64,000 nt of DNA from Gemmatimonadota bacterium. GTDB lineage: Bacteria > Gemmatimonadota > Gemmatimonadetes > Palauibacterales > KS3-K002. The translations under genes were made by a program, and so were the position numbers. The notes beneath the pieces are model-generated. The model was given only the letters and a program-made list of their open reading frames with translations. It made no database searches and had not been told where the DNA came from. Shown in pieces: positions 48,577 to 58,343 of the stretch (position 1 is the first letter of the stretch; each line of letters starts with the position of its first letter). The stretch covers positions 78,798 through 142,797 of the forward strand of contig JBDHJS010000015.1 in NCBI GenBank assembly GCA_039586795.1. Direction: 5' to 3'.

Positions 48577-49896
48577 ATGTCTATCTTCCAGCCACGTCGC
48601 ATCCCGCGCGACGACTCAGGCATGGCTCTACTGGCCGTCCTCCTGGCGATGGCGCTGCTCACTGTGATCGGCGCTGCGATAACGGCTATCGGGATCGTCG
48701 AATACAAAGCATCGAACAACCATCGCTCGGCCACGCGGGCACTGTTGCTGGCGGACGCTGGCGCAACACACGCACTGGCTTTGATGCGCGGTCCGCTCAG
48801 TGAAGTGAGCTATAGCCAGGTCTTGTTGGGCGATGACGGCCTGCCGGCTACGGGTGACGAAGGCGTCCTCGCAGGTTTCGGCCTCACAGTTCTGGATGCT
48901 CTACCCGACAGTGGAGTGCTGCTGGGTGATGGGCGCTACTTCGTGCAGCTGGTGAACGATGCTGCCGATCCTAGCGGCGATCCGCATGCGGACACGAACG
49001 AAAGACTGATGGCTGTGTGCCGCGGCGAACTTCCGGATGGAGGTCGGGCCGAGGTGAGGATGATCTTGGCGGCGCCGAGCTTCCCGGCGATCGTTGCCAA
49101 CGGAGACCTTCTGCTGCCTGGGAACCCCGATGTACTGGGTCCGTGTGCTGGCGTGCACGCCAATGGAACACTGACAGCCAACGGATCGCCGGTGGTCGAT
49201 GGTTTCGTCACGGCTACGGGCGGGCTGAATGTGAGCGGGACGATCACGGATGCTGCCGGGAACGTGGTCACTCCCGAGTACGGTCCGCCCGTAGAGATCC
49301 CGGATCACGACCCGCTCGACTACTGCGGCGACGCCGACTACGTGTTGAGAGACGGCGACTTCATCACGATAGGACCACCGCCCGATACAGCTGAGATCAA
49401 AGGGCCGGGCGTTCTGGGTTGGAAGTACAAGGCGAGCACGGAGACGTATTCGCTGAACGGGAACGGCGCCGTTGACGGTACTTACTGTGTCCACGGCAAT
49501 GCGGAGATCAGCGGCAATGCGGGCAGCGACGGCGACCCGCTTCAGATCACGCTACTGGCCACCGGTTCTGTGAAGGTGACGGGCACGCCGAAGCTAACAG
49601 CTGATCACCCGGATGGCATCTTGATAATTGCTGAAGGCGATGTGGAAATTGGGGGTAACGCGTCTGGTGTTACGCCGTCGTATTCCGGTCTTGTCTACGC
49701 CGGCGCCCAGTGTCAGATGCACGGCACGCCTGATGTTGACGGTCATGTCCTGTGCTACGACGCGCCGGATCCTGCTGGCGCTGCAGACCTGACCGATGAA
49801 AACAAGTTCAACGGAAACCCCACCGTCACCTACGACTGCTCGGGTGAGCGGCGGCGCACATTGGTGGCCTCGTGGTGGGAGGCTCGGGCCCAGTAA
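48577..49896 (+). CDS. PilX-like protein with large C-terminal domain, copy 2
   Basis: DSG|MALLAVLLAMALL; collinear with copy 1 (NHRSATRALLLAD, LAAPSFPA, HPDGILI, RRTLVASWWE); AAGGAGG RBS. Confidence 0.75.
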   Translation: MSIFQPRRIPRDDSGMALLAVLLAMALLTVIGAAITAIGIVEYKASNNHRSATRALLLADAGATHALALMRGPLSEVSYSQVLLGDDGLPATGDEGVLAGFGLTVLDALPDSGVLLGDGRYFVQLVNDAADPSGDPHADTNERLMAVCRGELPDGGRAEVRMILAAPSFPAIVANGDLLLPGNPDVLGPCAGVHANGTLTANGSPVVDGFVTATGGLNVSGTITDAAGNVVTPEYGPPVEIPDHDPLDYCGDADYVLRDGDFITIGPPPDTAEIKGPGVLGWKYKASTETYSLNGNGAVDGTYCVHGNAEISGNAGSDGDPLQITLLATGSVKVTGTPKLTADHPDGILIIAEGDVEIGGNASGVTPSYSGLVYAGAQCQMHGTPDVDGHVLCYDAPDPAGAADLTDENKFNGNPTVTYDCSGERRRTLVASWWEARAQ

Positions 49897-49928
49897 GCGT
49901 CGGATAACGAACAGACCCGCCAAGTCAA

Positions 49929-49969
49929 ACGAGGTGCGCTGATCGCCGCAACGCACCTCGTAGTCTTTT
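49929..49969 (+). terminator. Stem-loop between convergent genes
   Basis: acgaggtgcg/cgcacctcgt 10-bp stem followed by agtctttt. Confidence 0.5.
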
Positions 49970-49992
49970 GAGGAGTCAATTGATTCGTGAGA

Positions 49993-51450
49993 CTACTTCC
50001 GAGCGAAATCCTTCCAGTTGAATTCCGGCGTCGAGAAGTCATAGTCGGGCTCCGTCCGCGCGCGGATCATCATGGCATCCGCTCCCGAGACCAGCTGCTC
50101 GACGGCCTTGCCGTAGTCCGGCACGCCGATCTGCGGAACGGGCTCAGCTCGGGGCCCGATGGAGGCGATCCCCATACTCAGCGTTAGCGGCGGCAGGCTG
50201 TCCAAGGAAGACCGTCCGCTTTGCCGACCCAGAGAGCTGTAAATCCGCTGTACCACGGTATGCGCGCCCTCGGCCGTTGAGTCCATAAGAACGATCAGAA
50301 ACTCGTCGCCGCCGAACCGACCTACGACATCCGAGTCGCGCACGTTCCGCCTGAGCAGATTGGCCACGTAGCGCAGCGCGCGATCGCCCGCGATATGTCC
50401 GTAGCGATCGTTTACATTCTTGAATTCGTCGATATCGGCCATCACGACCGAGATCGGGAAGGACTTCCGCCAGGCCAGCTTCAGAGATTCGTTCAGCCGC
50501 TCCAAGGTGAACGCTTTGCGGTAGGCTCTCGTCGTGGCGTCGATTGTGGCCAGCTCGTAGAGCGCCGCGCTTCGAATCGCGGCCGCCGCCTGGCTGGCAT
50601 ACACCCGGAGGACGTCCGCGTCGCGTCGACCTTGAACGGGGTGTTTCAAGTAGGCGAGACCCAGGACATGCTCGGCCAACGCCAACGGCAGTACAGCGTC
50701 GTCATCGCCCTGCTGGTGAGTGCCATCTTGAATGGCCTGGCGCAGCAGCTTGGAGGGTACCGACGCGAGATCATCGACGTTCGAGCCGATAGGGTATCGG
50801 TTGTGGCTGGTGGCTCCCACGACGTAGTCATCCGTATCGTGGTCTTCTCTGGCGAGACCGCGGGCTAGAGGCTTGCCGATGGGGTCGCTCATGCGTGCCG
50901 CCACGAACGCGCCGTCGCCGCCGATCAATCCGTCGACTTGATCGAGAATCGCCTTCAACACGTCATCTAGAGACTGGATTCGATGCAGTTGAGGGATGGC
51001 GTCCAGGACCTGCCGCAATTCGGCACGATTGATCCGGATAATCTCTTCCTGGCTAATCGCTCCGAATGCGGCATTCACCCACAACCGCAGACCGTCACTG
51101 CCGTGCTGTTTGTCGTGGTAGCCAAAAATCTCATGTGCCTTGAAAAAACGGCGGAAACGATCGTCAGGAGGTCCCGATGCGAGCAGCACCACCGGCGCGC
51201 CCGGCGCCCGAGCTCTCAGGTCGCCCAGTGGGTCGGCGCCGTCCATCTCGAGCAGTGCCACCTCAACGAGCAGCAGGTCGGGTGCTTGGTCGGCGAGCAG
51301 GTTGGCAGCGGCGATCAAGTCCTGGGCCCCCCAGGCCCGATGACCGGCTTCGGCAATCAGCTGGCAGCTTTGGGCCACGAAGCCGGGGTCGCTGTCGATG
51401 AGCAGGACGCTGCTGTTCCCGTTGGGGGGGCTTGGGCGTATATCTGTCAT
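49993..51450 (-). CDS. Diguanylate cyclase: pseudo-receiver + GAF-like + GGDEF
   Basis: REC fold with LLLVE at the phospho-Asp position; DIDEFKNVNDRYGHIAGD, RDSD I-site, intact RFGGDEF. Confidence 0.88.
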   Translation of the reverse strand: MTDIRPSPPNGNSSVLLIDSDPGFVAQSCQLIAEAGHRAWGAQDLIAAANLLADQAPDLLLVEVALLEMDGADPLGDLRARAPGAPVVLLASGPPDDRFRRFFKAHEIFGYHDKQHGSDGLRLWVNAAFGAISQEEIIRINRAELRQVLDAIPQLHRIQSLDDVLKAILDQVDGLIGGDGAFVAARMSDPIGKPLARGLAREDHDTDDYVVGATSHNRYPIGSNVDDLASVPSKLLRQAIQDGTHQQGDDDAVLPLALAEHVLGLAYLKHPVQGRRDADVLRVYASQAAAAIRSAALYELATIDATTRAYRKAFTLERLNESLKLAWRKSFPISVVMADIDEFKNVNDRYGHIAGDRALRYVANLLRRNVRDSDVVGRFGGDEFLIVLMDSTAEGAHTVVQRIYSSLGRQSGRSSLDSLPPLTLSMGIASIGPRAEPVPQIGVPDYGKAVEQLVSGADAMMIRARTEPDYDFSTPEFNWKDFARK

Positions 51451-51591
51451 GCGTACCTATTTCATGTGCTGAGGCGCGGTGTCTTCGGTCTGGAAATCGG
51501 GGGATTTGGTGGGGCGGTGGGAGGGTCGATAACTGTATACACATGAGCCGGCCGTAGGTTCACCCGGATCGCGGCTGGCGAGGAGACCCGT

Positions 51592-52596
51592 ATGAGCGAG
51601 ATGCGCGCGGTGGTCATCACGACGCCCGGTGGTCCGGAAGTCCTCCAGGTGACGGCAGTGCCCGTACGGGAGCCGGGCCACGGCGAGATCAGGGTGAGAG
51701 TACACGCGGCAGGTGTGAACCGGGCGGACTTGCTGCAGCGACGAGGCCTCTATCCGCCGCCGCCCGGCTGCCCGGAGGATATTCCGGGTCTCGAGTTCGC
51801 CGGCACCGTCGAGTCGGTCGGCGAAGGTGCGAGCGCTTGGAACATCGGTGATCGGGTCATGGGCCTCGTGGGCGGTGGCGGCTACGCCGAATGTGTCGTC
51901 GTTTCCGAGCGTGAGGCGATCGCGATACCGGAGCTGCTTTCGTTTGAGGAGGCGGCGGCCGTTCCCGAAGTCTTCATCACCGCTCATGACGCGCTGTTCA
52001 CCCAACTGAAGGTGGAGTTGGGCGAGCGCTTGCTGATCCACGCCGTGGGGAGCGGCGTTGGGACGGCGGCTTTGCAGCTGGCTAAGGTCGCCGGCGCGAC
52101 TGTTATCGGGACATCGCGACAAGAGTGGAAACTGGAGCGGGCGACGGACTACGGTTTGGATGTCCTGGTCAACACATCGGAACAAGATTTCGCGGATGCC
52201 GTGCGGCAGGCGACGGACGGCGCAGGGGTTCACGCGATTCTGGATCTAGTAGGTGGCTCTTATCTGGCCGGCAATCTCGATAGCCTGGCGATGAAGGGGC
52301 GCATGATCATCGTCGGGCTGACCGCCGGTCGCGCGGCGGAACTCGATATGGGAGCGGTGCTAAGGAAGCGACTGCGGATCATTGGCACGTCGTTGCGGGC
52401 CCGTCCCATAGAAGAGAAGATCGCCGCCACGCAGGCGTTCGAGCATGACGTCGGATCGTTGCTGGCTGCGGGTCAGGTTCGGCCGATCATCGATCGCACG
52501 TTTTCGCTCGAAGAGGTAGCCGAGGCGCACCGCTACATGGAGGATGACCGGAACTTCGGCAAGCTGGTACTAACGATCCACACCGGAAACCTCTGA
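51592..52596 (+). CDS. NAD(P)H-quinone oxidoreductase, PIG3 family
   Basis: AAGVNRADLLQRRG, PGLEFAG, HAVGSGVG, GKLVL. Confidence 0.92.
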   Translation: MSEMRAVVITTPGGPEVLQVTAVPVREPGHGEIRVRVHAAGVNRADLLQRRGLYPPPPGCPEDIPGLEFAGTVESVGEGASAWNIGDRVMGLVGGGGYAECVVVSEREAIAIPELLSFEEAAAVPEVFITAHDALFTQLKVELGERLLIHAVGSGVGTAALQLAKVAGATVIGTSRQEWKLERATDYGLDVLVNTSEQDFADAVRQATDGAGVHAILDLVGGSYLAGNLDSLAMKGRMIIVGLTAGRAAELDMGAVLRKRLRIIGTSLRARPIEEKIAATQAFEHDVGSLLAAGQVRPIIDRTFSLEEVAEAHRYMEDDRNFGKLVLTIHTGNL

Positions 52597-52777
52597 GCAT
52601 TATATCACGCAGCCGAGCCTGGCGCTCAAGAGCGGAGGTAGCCCCGACATCCTGAGCAGGTTGACGGAGCTAGAGGACGGGCAGCGGTTGATCGACCAAC
52701 GACTGAAGAGCTTGATCGAAGTCGATCGATTTCACCACAGGCTGGAATCAGAAGATTCCACCTGATCTCTCTTGGGA

Positions 52778-53998
52778 TCAGCGTCGGCGGGGAGCGCCTC
52801 GTCTGTGCCGAAGCGATGGTCCCTGCGGCCTTGGAGTTGGCTTCAGCTCGGCGGGCTGCAACGGCGCGATGGCCGGCTCGAACCCCGGCACGACTTCTCG
52901 GGAAAACGTCCGACCCATCAGCTTCTCGACTTCGCTCATCAAAGTCCATTCGTCCGGCGACATGAGCGTCAGCGCGACGCCTTTCGCTCCGGCTCGCGCC
53001 GTCCGGCCGACGCGGTGCACGTAGACCTCCGGGTCCCGGGGGACGTCGTAGTTCACCACCAGTTTGATGTCATCGACGTCGATTCCGCGTGCGGCTACGT
53101 CGGTGGCGACCAGCACTCGAGTTTTGCCCTCCTTGAATCGTCCCAGCGCCTCGTTGCGGGCGCCCTGCGTTTTGCCCCCGTGGAGGGCCAGAACATTGTT
53201 GCCAGCGCGGCGCAGGTGGTGCGCGACGATCTCGGCGCCGTGCTTGGTTCGCGTGAAGATCAGGGCACGATCGTCCGGCAAGATTTCCATCAATTTGGCG
53301 AGCAAGCCTCTCTTGCGTGGCTTGTCTACGGCAACCAGCACGTGCTCGACGCCCTCGGCGGCCTCGGCACGGCGACCGATCTCGATGGCGGCATAATCCT
53401 TAAGCGCATGCCGTGCGAGGCGATCCACATCGCCGGAGATCGTGGCCGAGAAGAAAAGTGTCTGTCGCTCGGCGGGAAGCGAGTCGATGATGCGGTGAAC
53501 ATCGCGGGAGAACCCCATGTCGAGCATGCGATCCGCTTCGTCGAGGACGAGCACTTCCAATTTGGAGGTGTCCACGTGACCGCGGCTCATGTGATCGAGC
53601 AGTCGACCGGGCGTCGCGATCACTATGTCCACGCCTTCCTTGAGCGCCCGAGTCTGCGGCTCCATCCGCACACCGCCGTACACGGCGATCGATTTCAGTT
53701 TGAGGTACCGACCGTAGTCGCGAGCGCTGTTCAGAACCTGCTCGGCGAGTTCGCGGGTCGGAGCTAAGACAAGGGCGCGCAGCGTGCCGTGCGGACCTGA
53801 CTCGAGTCGCTGGAGGATCGGCAGCATGAAGGCGGCCGTCTTACCGGTTCCGGTCTGTGCCGAACCGACGACGTCGCGACCCTCCAAGCCTGCCGGTATC
53901 GCCTGCAGCTGAATTGGTGTTGGCTCTGTGTATCCCTGATCGTCCAGAGCCCTAAGAAGTTTGGGTGCGAGACCCAGCGATTGAAACGATGGCTTCAT
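52778..53998 (-). CDS. DEAD-box RNA helicase (RhlE-like)
   Basis: PTPIQ, AQTGTGKT, PTRELA, DEAD, SAT, HRVGRTAR; start set at ATG 53998. Confidence 0.93.
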   Translation of the reverse strand: MKPSFQSLGLAPKLLRALDDQGYTEPTPIQLQAIPAGLEGRDVVGSAQTGTGKTAAFMLPILQRLESGPHGTLRALVLAPTRELAEQVLNSARDYGRYLKLKSIAVYGGVRMEPQTRALKEGVDIVIATPGRLLDHMSRGHVDTSKLEVLVLDEADRMLDMGFSRDVHRIIDSLPAERQTLFFSATISGDVDRLARHALKDYAAIEIGRRAEAAEGVEHVLVAVDKPRKRGLLAKLMEILPDDRALIFTRTKHGAEIVAHHLRRAGNNVLALHGGKTQGARNEALGRFKEGKTRVLVATDVAARGIDVDDIKLVVNYDVPRDPEVYVHRVGRTARAGAKGVALTLMSPDEWTLMSEVEKLMGRTFSREVVPGFEPAIAPLQPAELKPTPRPQGPSLRHRRGAPRRR

Positions 53999-54233
53999 CC
54001 AGATTTTCTCACGTTTGTATGCGTACGCATTCCGAACGGCGTTCATGCCGCTGGGAAACGCAGCTGCCAGTGCCTGATTGAACCTGAGGAGTGAAGCGGC
54101 GGTTAGTTCGCGCCGGTACCCAATCCTAAGCCGGGTAACATTCTGCGAAGAGAAGAATCCAGCTTGCGGTTCGTACAACGGGCAGAAAGATAACGAATTG
54201 TGGCGCTTAGCGCTACGGCGGCCTCGGGCGCCG

Positions 54234-54614
54234 CTAGACGATCAGCGTGACGGCGAAGATCAGCACGAGGCCGTGCCCCAGCTGATCCAACCCCAGAAAG
54301 TACCAGAACACGCTTTGGCCCGGATCGGCCAGCGCTGGAAACCGGCGGGCGAGCGCCGGGCGGAGGAAGTCGAGGGCGAAATGTGTTGTGAAGATGAAAG
54401 CGGCGACGATCGCGGTCGTCTTCCAGCCTGGAGCTGCGATCAGAAGGGTAGCGAGAACGACGAGCAGCGCATGGACGCCCGCGTGGGCAGCGATCAGTAT
54501 CGGCTCGCCCCTCACCTTCGCTTCCTGCATTCTACGCGTGGCGAGCGGCGTGAAATCACCAAGGTAATGCGCGACTAGGAAGGCGCAGAGCAGAGCGATC
54601 GTCTGTCCCGTCAT
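54234..54614 (-). CDS. DUF3307 family membrane protein
   Basis: About four TM helices with AHYLGDF, HAGVH, THFALD, DQLGH; ATGA overlap with the cyclase gene. Confidence 0.85.
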   Translation of the reverse strand: MTGQTIALLCAFLVAHYLGDFTPLATRRMQEAKVRGEPILIAAHAGVHALLVVLATLLIAAPGWKTTAIVAAFIFTTHFALDFLRPALARRFPALADPGQSVFWYFLGLDQLGHGLVLIFAVTLIV

Positions 54615-57600
54615 TCGGTCTCTTGCTCCGATCCATCTCCAAGCTCGAGGATCTTACGGTTGAGGGGGATCTCGTCCAGATAGCGGCGACGAAGGCCGAC
54701 GTCCTGGATCAGCTCGGCTTTCTTCTTGACCGTCTGTTGAGCGTGAGCGAGTACGTCCCGCATTTCATCCTGGCGACCCAGCGTGGCCAGGGTGCGCAGG
54801 CGCGTGTAGAGAACGGCTTCCTCCGGCCCCTGGATGTTGCCATGCCGGTAGAGCCGTCGAGTGGCCTCGGCGGAGGCCGTGTCGGCGGCCGTGAGATCGT
54901 TTGCATCGAGGGCAAGCTCGGCCTCGCGGGTCAGAGCTAGAATCTCCACGTGGACCAGGCCACTGCGTTGAGCGAGGGTCAGCGCACGTCTGGCGCTCTC
55001 GCGTGCATCCGCTCCCGTCTGAGTGCGCGCCAACAACGACCAGGCGCGTGCCTCGAACCCTGGCTGCCGAAGGCGGCGTGTGTCGGCGCATACCGTCTCC
55101 AGCAGCTGGGTTGCCTCGAGCTTGTCGTCGCGGGCCAGTAGCACCATGGCGAGGGCCAGGCGGGCGCCCGATTCGGCCTGAATCGATCCACAGTCCTCAG
55201 CTAGTCGGAGCGCGGCACGGGCAACCTCCTCAGCTTCCTCGAACTGCCCCAGTCCGCATAGCGCCAGCGCCTGATGCCCGATGACTCGAGCTTCGGCGGG
55301 TCTGTATCCCAGTTCGATGAACTGGTTTCGCGCTGCCTCGAAGTAGTCGAGCGCCGTGGTGAAGTCGCCGACGTCGACCTGAACGAGACCCAGCCGGTCG
55401 AAGATCTCTGCCTGCCCGAAGCGGTCGCCGGCGGCGCGTTCGAGGGGCAAAGATGCACGGTAGAACTTGAGCGCTTCGGGGCAGCTACCGGAGAGGTGAG
55501 CGATTCGCCCAAGGATCCGAAGCACATCCGCTTGCATCGAGATATCGTCGAGCGATTTGAACCCTTCTAATGCGAGTTCCCCACGTTGACGAGCATCTTG
55601 CAGATCGCCGGAGTCGAGCAAGTGACGCGAACGTCGGTAATCTGCTTCGGCAGCGATGCGGGTGTCGCTGAGTTCTCCGGCTAGCTTCTCCAGCTCGGCG
55701 ATCGATTCCTGGCGTCGGACTACGTCACCGGACTCGGCGGCGATCTCTTCTGCTATCAGTAAAAGACTGGCTTTCAGCACGGCTCCGTCTGCGAGCTTCA
55801 GCGCTCGCTCCACGAGAGTCAGGGCATCGGGTATAGCGCCGCGTGCTAGAGCGGCCTTGGCCGCGTTCTCGAGGAAGGGGACCGCCCTCGCCGGCTCCTT
55901 CGAGCGTTCGTAGTGAAAGGCCACCCAATCATCGTAGTCGGCGACTTTACCCGCCGAGCGCAGCTCGAGCCACTCAGCGACGGCGGTGTGTAGCTCTGAA
56001 CGGAGACTTAGCAGCATCCCTTCGTAGGCGACCTGGTGCAGCAGCAGTTGCTCGAATAGAAACTCGCGGTCCCCGGCGATGGCGGAGTGCGGTTGCTGAC
56101 GTACAAAGGAACCATCAATCAAAGAGTCCAGCTCGCGGTCAACAGCGCGGCGCGCTAAGGCGTCTGTGACAACGCCCGCCCAGAAGCGTCGACCGACTAC
56201 CGCCGCGTACTGCAGGACTGACTTGGTACCGGCATCGAGTGCATCCATCCGTGCGGTCAATACGCTTTCGATCGTGTCCGGAACTTCGGTGAGGGGGCTC
56301 TCATGCTCAACGCGCCAGACATTGTCGGTTTGGACCAATAGCTGGCGCTCTAGTAGTGACTTGAGCGTTTCTTCGACGAAGAGAGGATTGCCATCGGCGC
56401 GCTCGACGACACGGTCGATGAATGCTTCCGGGAGTTCATGGGCGCCCAGTAAGATGTCGAGAAACGAACGCGACTCTTCGTCGCTGAAGAACGGGATGTC
56501 GATCTCGTCTCGCACCGCTTCGAAGAGATTCGCCAGCCCGTCTTCGCCAGGCAAAGGGTCGCGGCTGATCAGGACGGCCAGGACGGGACCTCGGAATCCG
56601 GCCTCCGGCAGCTGCCGAAGCGCCTCGAGCGTCGTGCTGTCTGCCCAATGCAGGTCTTCCAAGACGAGTAGGCGCGGCTCCGTGAAGGTGCTTTCTACGC
56701 AGCGCTTCAGAGCCCGATTGATCCGCGACTGCCGTTCAGCGGCATTATAGAGCTGCAACTGAGTTGCTTCGGCGACCGGCCTGCCAAAGGCGACCTCGAG
56801 GCTCTCGATCTCCTCGGGCGTCCATTCGCCGGGTGAAGCGTGGACGATGTTCGCGACGGCGTTTTGCGGCGAGAGGTCGGCCGGCAAACGGTAGAGGTCG
56901 AGAACCATCTCGGTGATCGGCTCCCATGGCCTGACCGTCGTATAGGGGTAGCATCGCCCTTGCGCGATCTGGGACTCGCCCAATCCTTCCGCCTGTATGA
57001 GCTCTCGGACGAGTCGTGATTTGCCGATTCCAGCGGGTCCGTTGACCAGGCAGAATTGGAACTCTCCGGTGACGGCTCGCTGCCAGTGCTGGCGTAGCGC
57101 CGCCAGCTCTTCCTTGCGTCCCACGAGAGGGGTGACCTTCCCGAGGAACCCGCGGGCGCTGCCGAGCTCTGTCCGCACCGCGGCAACGTGGCGAGCCCGA
57201 ACGGCCTGGCTCCGCCCTTTCACGTTCAGTACCGATTCGTCGTCGAACTCGAATATGTGGCGTGTCTGTTCGTAGGTCTTAGAGTCGACGAGTATGCGCC
57301 CCGGCTCACAAAGGCCCTCAAGTCGCGACGCCACGTTTACCGTGTCGCCGACGGCGGTGTAGTTCTGGGCTCCACCACCGGCGAACAGTCCCATGACGAC
57401 GGGGCCAGTGGCGATCCCGATGCGTAGTTCAGGTTGATATCCATCTTCGCCTTGCGTGGCGGCTCGAGCGGATGTCCAGGCGCGCATCGTCCGCTGCATG
57501 TCGAGTGCGGCGCGGACTGCACGCTCCGCTTCGTTCTCGTAGGCGATGGGCGCTCCAAACAAAGCCATCACGCAGTCGCCGATGAACTTGTCGACGTACC

Positions 57601-57940
57601 CTCCCCAGCGACTGATGCCCTCACAGAGGTGATCGAGGCAGTCGGCGACGAGATCGTGAGCTTCTTCGGGGTCTATCTGTTCGATGAGCTGCGTGTAACC
57701 GGAGAGGTCACCGAAGAGCACGGTGACGACTCGACGGTCGGCCTGGGCAGGAGAAGACAGCGGAGCCCCGCATGAATCACAAAAATTGGCATGCGTGGCG
57801 TTGGGCGTGTTGCAGGCCGGGCATGTGACCGTCGGACGAGAACCAACAGGTGTCCCACAGGCAGAGCAGAACCGGGCCTCTTCTGACAGGAGGGCGCTAC
57901 ACGCCCCACATTCCGCATGTTGCCGATCACCGGGAACCAT
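54611..57940 (-). CDS. Double zinc ribbon - class III adenylate cyclase - STAND NTPase - TPR protein
   Basis: Four CxxC pairs; LFGDLSGYT, DKFIGD, YTAVGDTVNVASRLE; GPAGIGKS, LEDLHWAD, GNPLFVEE; TPR C-terminus. Confidence 0.92.
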   Translation of the reverse strand: MVPGDRQHAECGACSALLSEEARFCSACGTPVGSRPTVTCPACNTPNATHANFCDSCGAPLSSPAQADRRVVTVLFGDLSGYTQLIEQIDPEEAHDLVADCLDHLCEGISRWGGYVDKFIGDCVMALFGAPIAYENEAERAVRAALDMQRTMRAWTSARAATQGEDGYQPELRIGIATGPVVMGLFAGGGAQNYTAVGDTVNVASRLEGLCEPGRILVDSKTYEQTRHIFEFDDESVLNVKGRSQAVRARHVAAVRTELGSARGFLGKVTPLVGRKEELAALRQHWQRAVTGEFQFCLVNGPAGIGKSRLVRELIQAEGLGESQIAQGRCYPYTTVRPWEPITEMVLDLYRLPADLSPQNAVANIVHASPGEWTPEEIESLEVAFGRPVAEATQLQLYNAAERQSRINRALKRCVESTFTEPRLLVLEDLHWADSTTLEALRQLPEAGFRGPVLAVLISRDPLPGEDGLANLFEAVRDEIDIPFFSDEESRSFLDILLGAHELPEAFIDRVVERADGNPLFVEETLKSLLERQLLVQTDNVWRVEHESPLTEVPDTIESVLTARMDALDAGTKSVLQYAAVVGRRFWAGVVTDALARRAVDRELDSLIDGSFVRQQPHSAIAGDREFLFEQLLLHQVAYEGMLLSLRSELHTAVAEWLELRSAGKVADYDDWVAFHYERSKEPARAVPFLENAAKAALARGAIPDALTLVERALKLADGAVLKASLLLIAEEIAAESGDVVRRQESIAELEKLAGELSDTRIAAEADYRRSRHLLDSGDLQDARQRGELALEGFKSLDDISMQADVLRILGRIAHLSGSCPEALKFYRASLPLERAAGDRFGQAEIFDRLGLVQVDVGDFTTALDYFEAARNQFIELGYRPAEARVIGHQALALCGLGQFEEAEEVARAALRLAEDCGSIQAESGARLALAMVLLARDDKLEATQLLETVCADTRRLRQPGFEARAWSLLARTQTGADARESARRALTLAQRSGLVHVEILALTREAELALDANDLTAADTASAEATRRLYRHGNIQGPEEAVLYTRLRTLATLGRQDEMRDVLAHAQQTVKKKAELIQDVGLRRRYLDEIPLNRKILELGDGSEQETE

Positions 57941-57955
57941 CGTGCTATCGTCTTG

Positions 57956-58333
57956 TCAGTCGGATTCGGCGGATCGCAAGCGTCCGACTTCGGCGTTCAA
58001 CTCACGGATGCGAGCTGACATCTTTTGCGTGATGCGAAAGGCGAGGGAAGCATCTTCGGCGATTCTCCGGAGGAAGGTCTTCTTATCTATGGTCAACAAT
58101 CTTGCTTCGCCCAGGGCTCTGACCGTGGCCGACCGTTTCTCGCGGTCGAAAATGGCCATCTCGCCGAAAAAATCACCGGCGTTGAGAACGGCTAGCTGAA
58201 CTTCTTTGGCGCCCTCGCGGCGAACCACTTCTACGCTGCCTTCCTGGATCACGTACATGCAATCGCCGGTCTCGCCTTCGCGAACGATCTGCTCGCCGTC
58301 TTCGTAAAGCTTTCCAATCGTAATCTTGGCCAT
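57956..58333 (-). CDS. Stand-alone cyclic-nucleotide-binding domain protein
   Basis: REGETGDCMYVIQEG, phosphate-binding cassette GDFFGEMAIFDREKRSATVRA; no HTH. Confidence 0.92.
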   Translation of the reverse strand: MAKITIGKLYEDGEQIVREGETGDCMYVIQEGSVEVVRREGAKEVQLAVLNAGDFFGEMAIFDREKRSATVRALGEARLLTIDKKTFLRRIAEDASLAFRITQKMSARIRELNAEVGRLRSAESD

Positions 58334-58343
58334 GGTCTTCCGT

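Noticed and set aside
52772..53767. 331-aa plus-strand ORF
   Set aside because: Antisense shadow of the DEAD-box helicase
54611..58333. Canonical Pycsar call
   Set aside because: The cyclase has ATP-type residues with STAND/TPR architecture, and the cNMP protein has no fused TM or TIR effector
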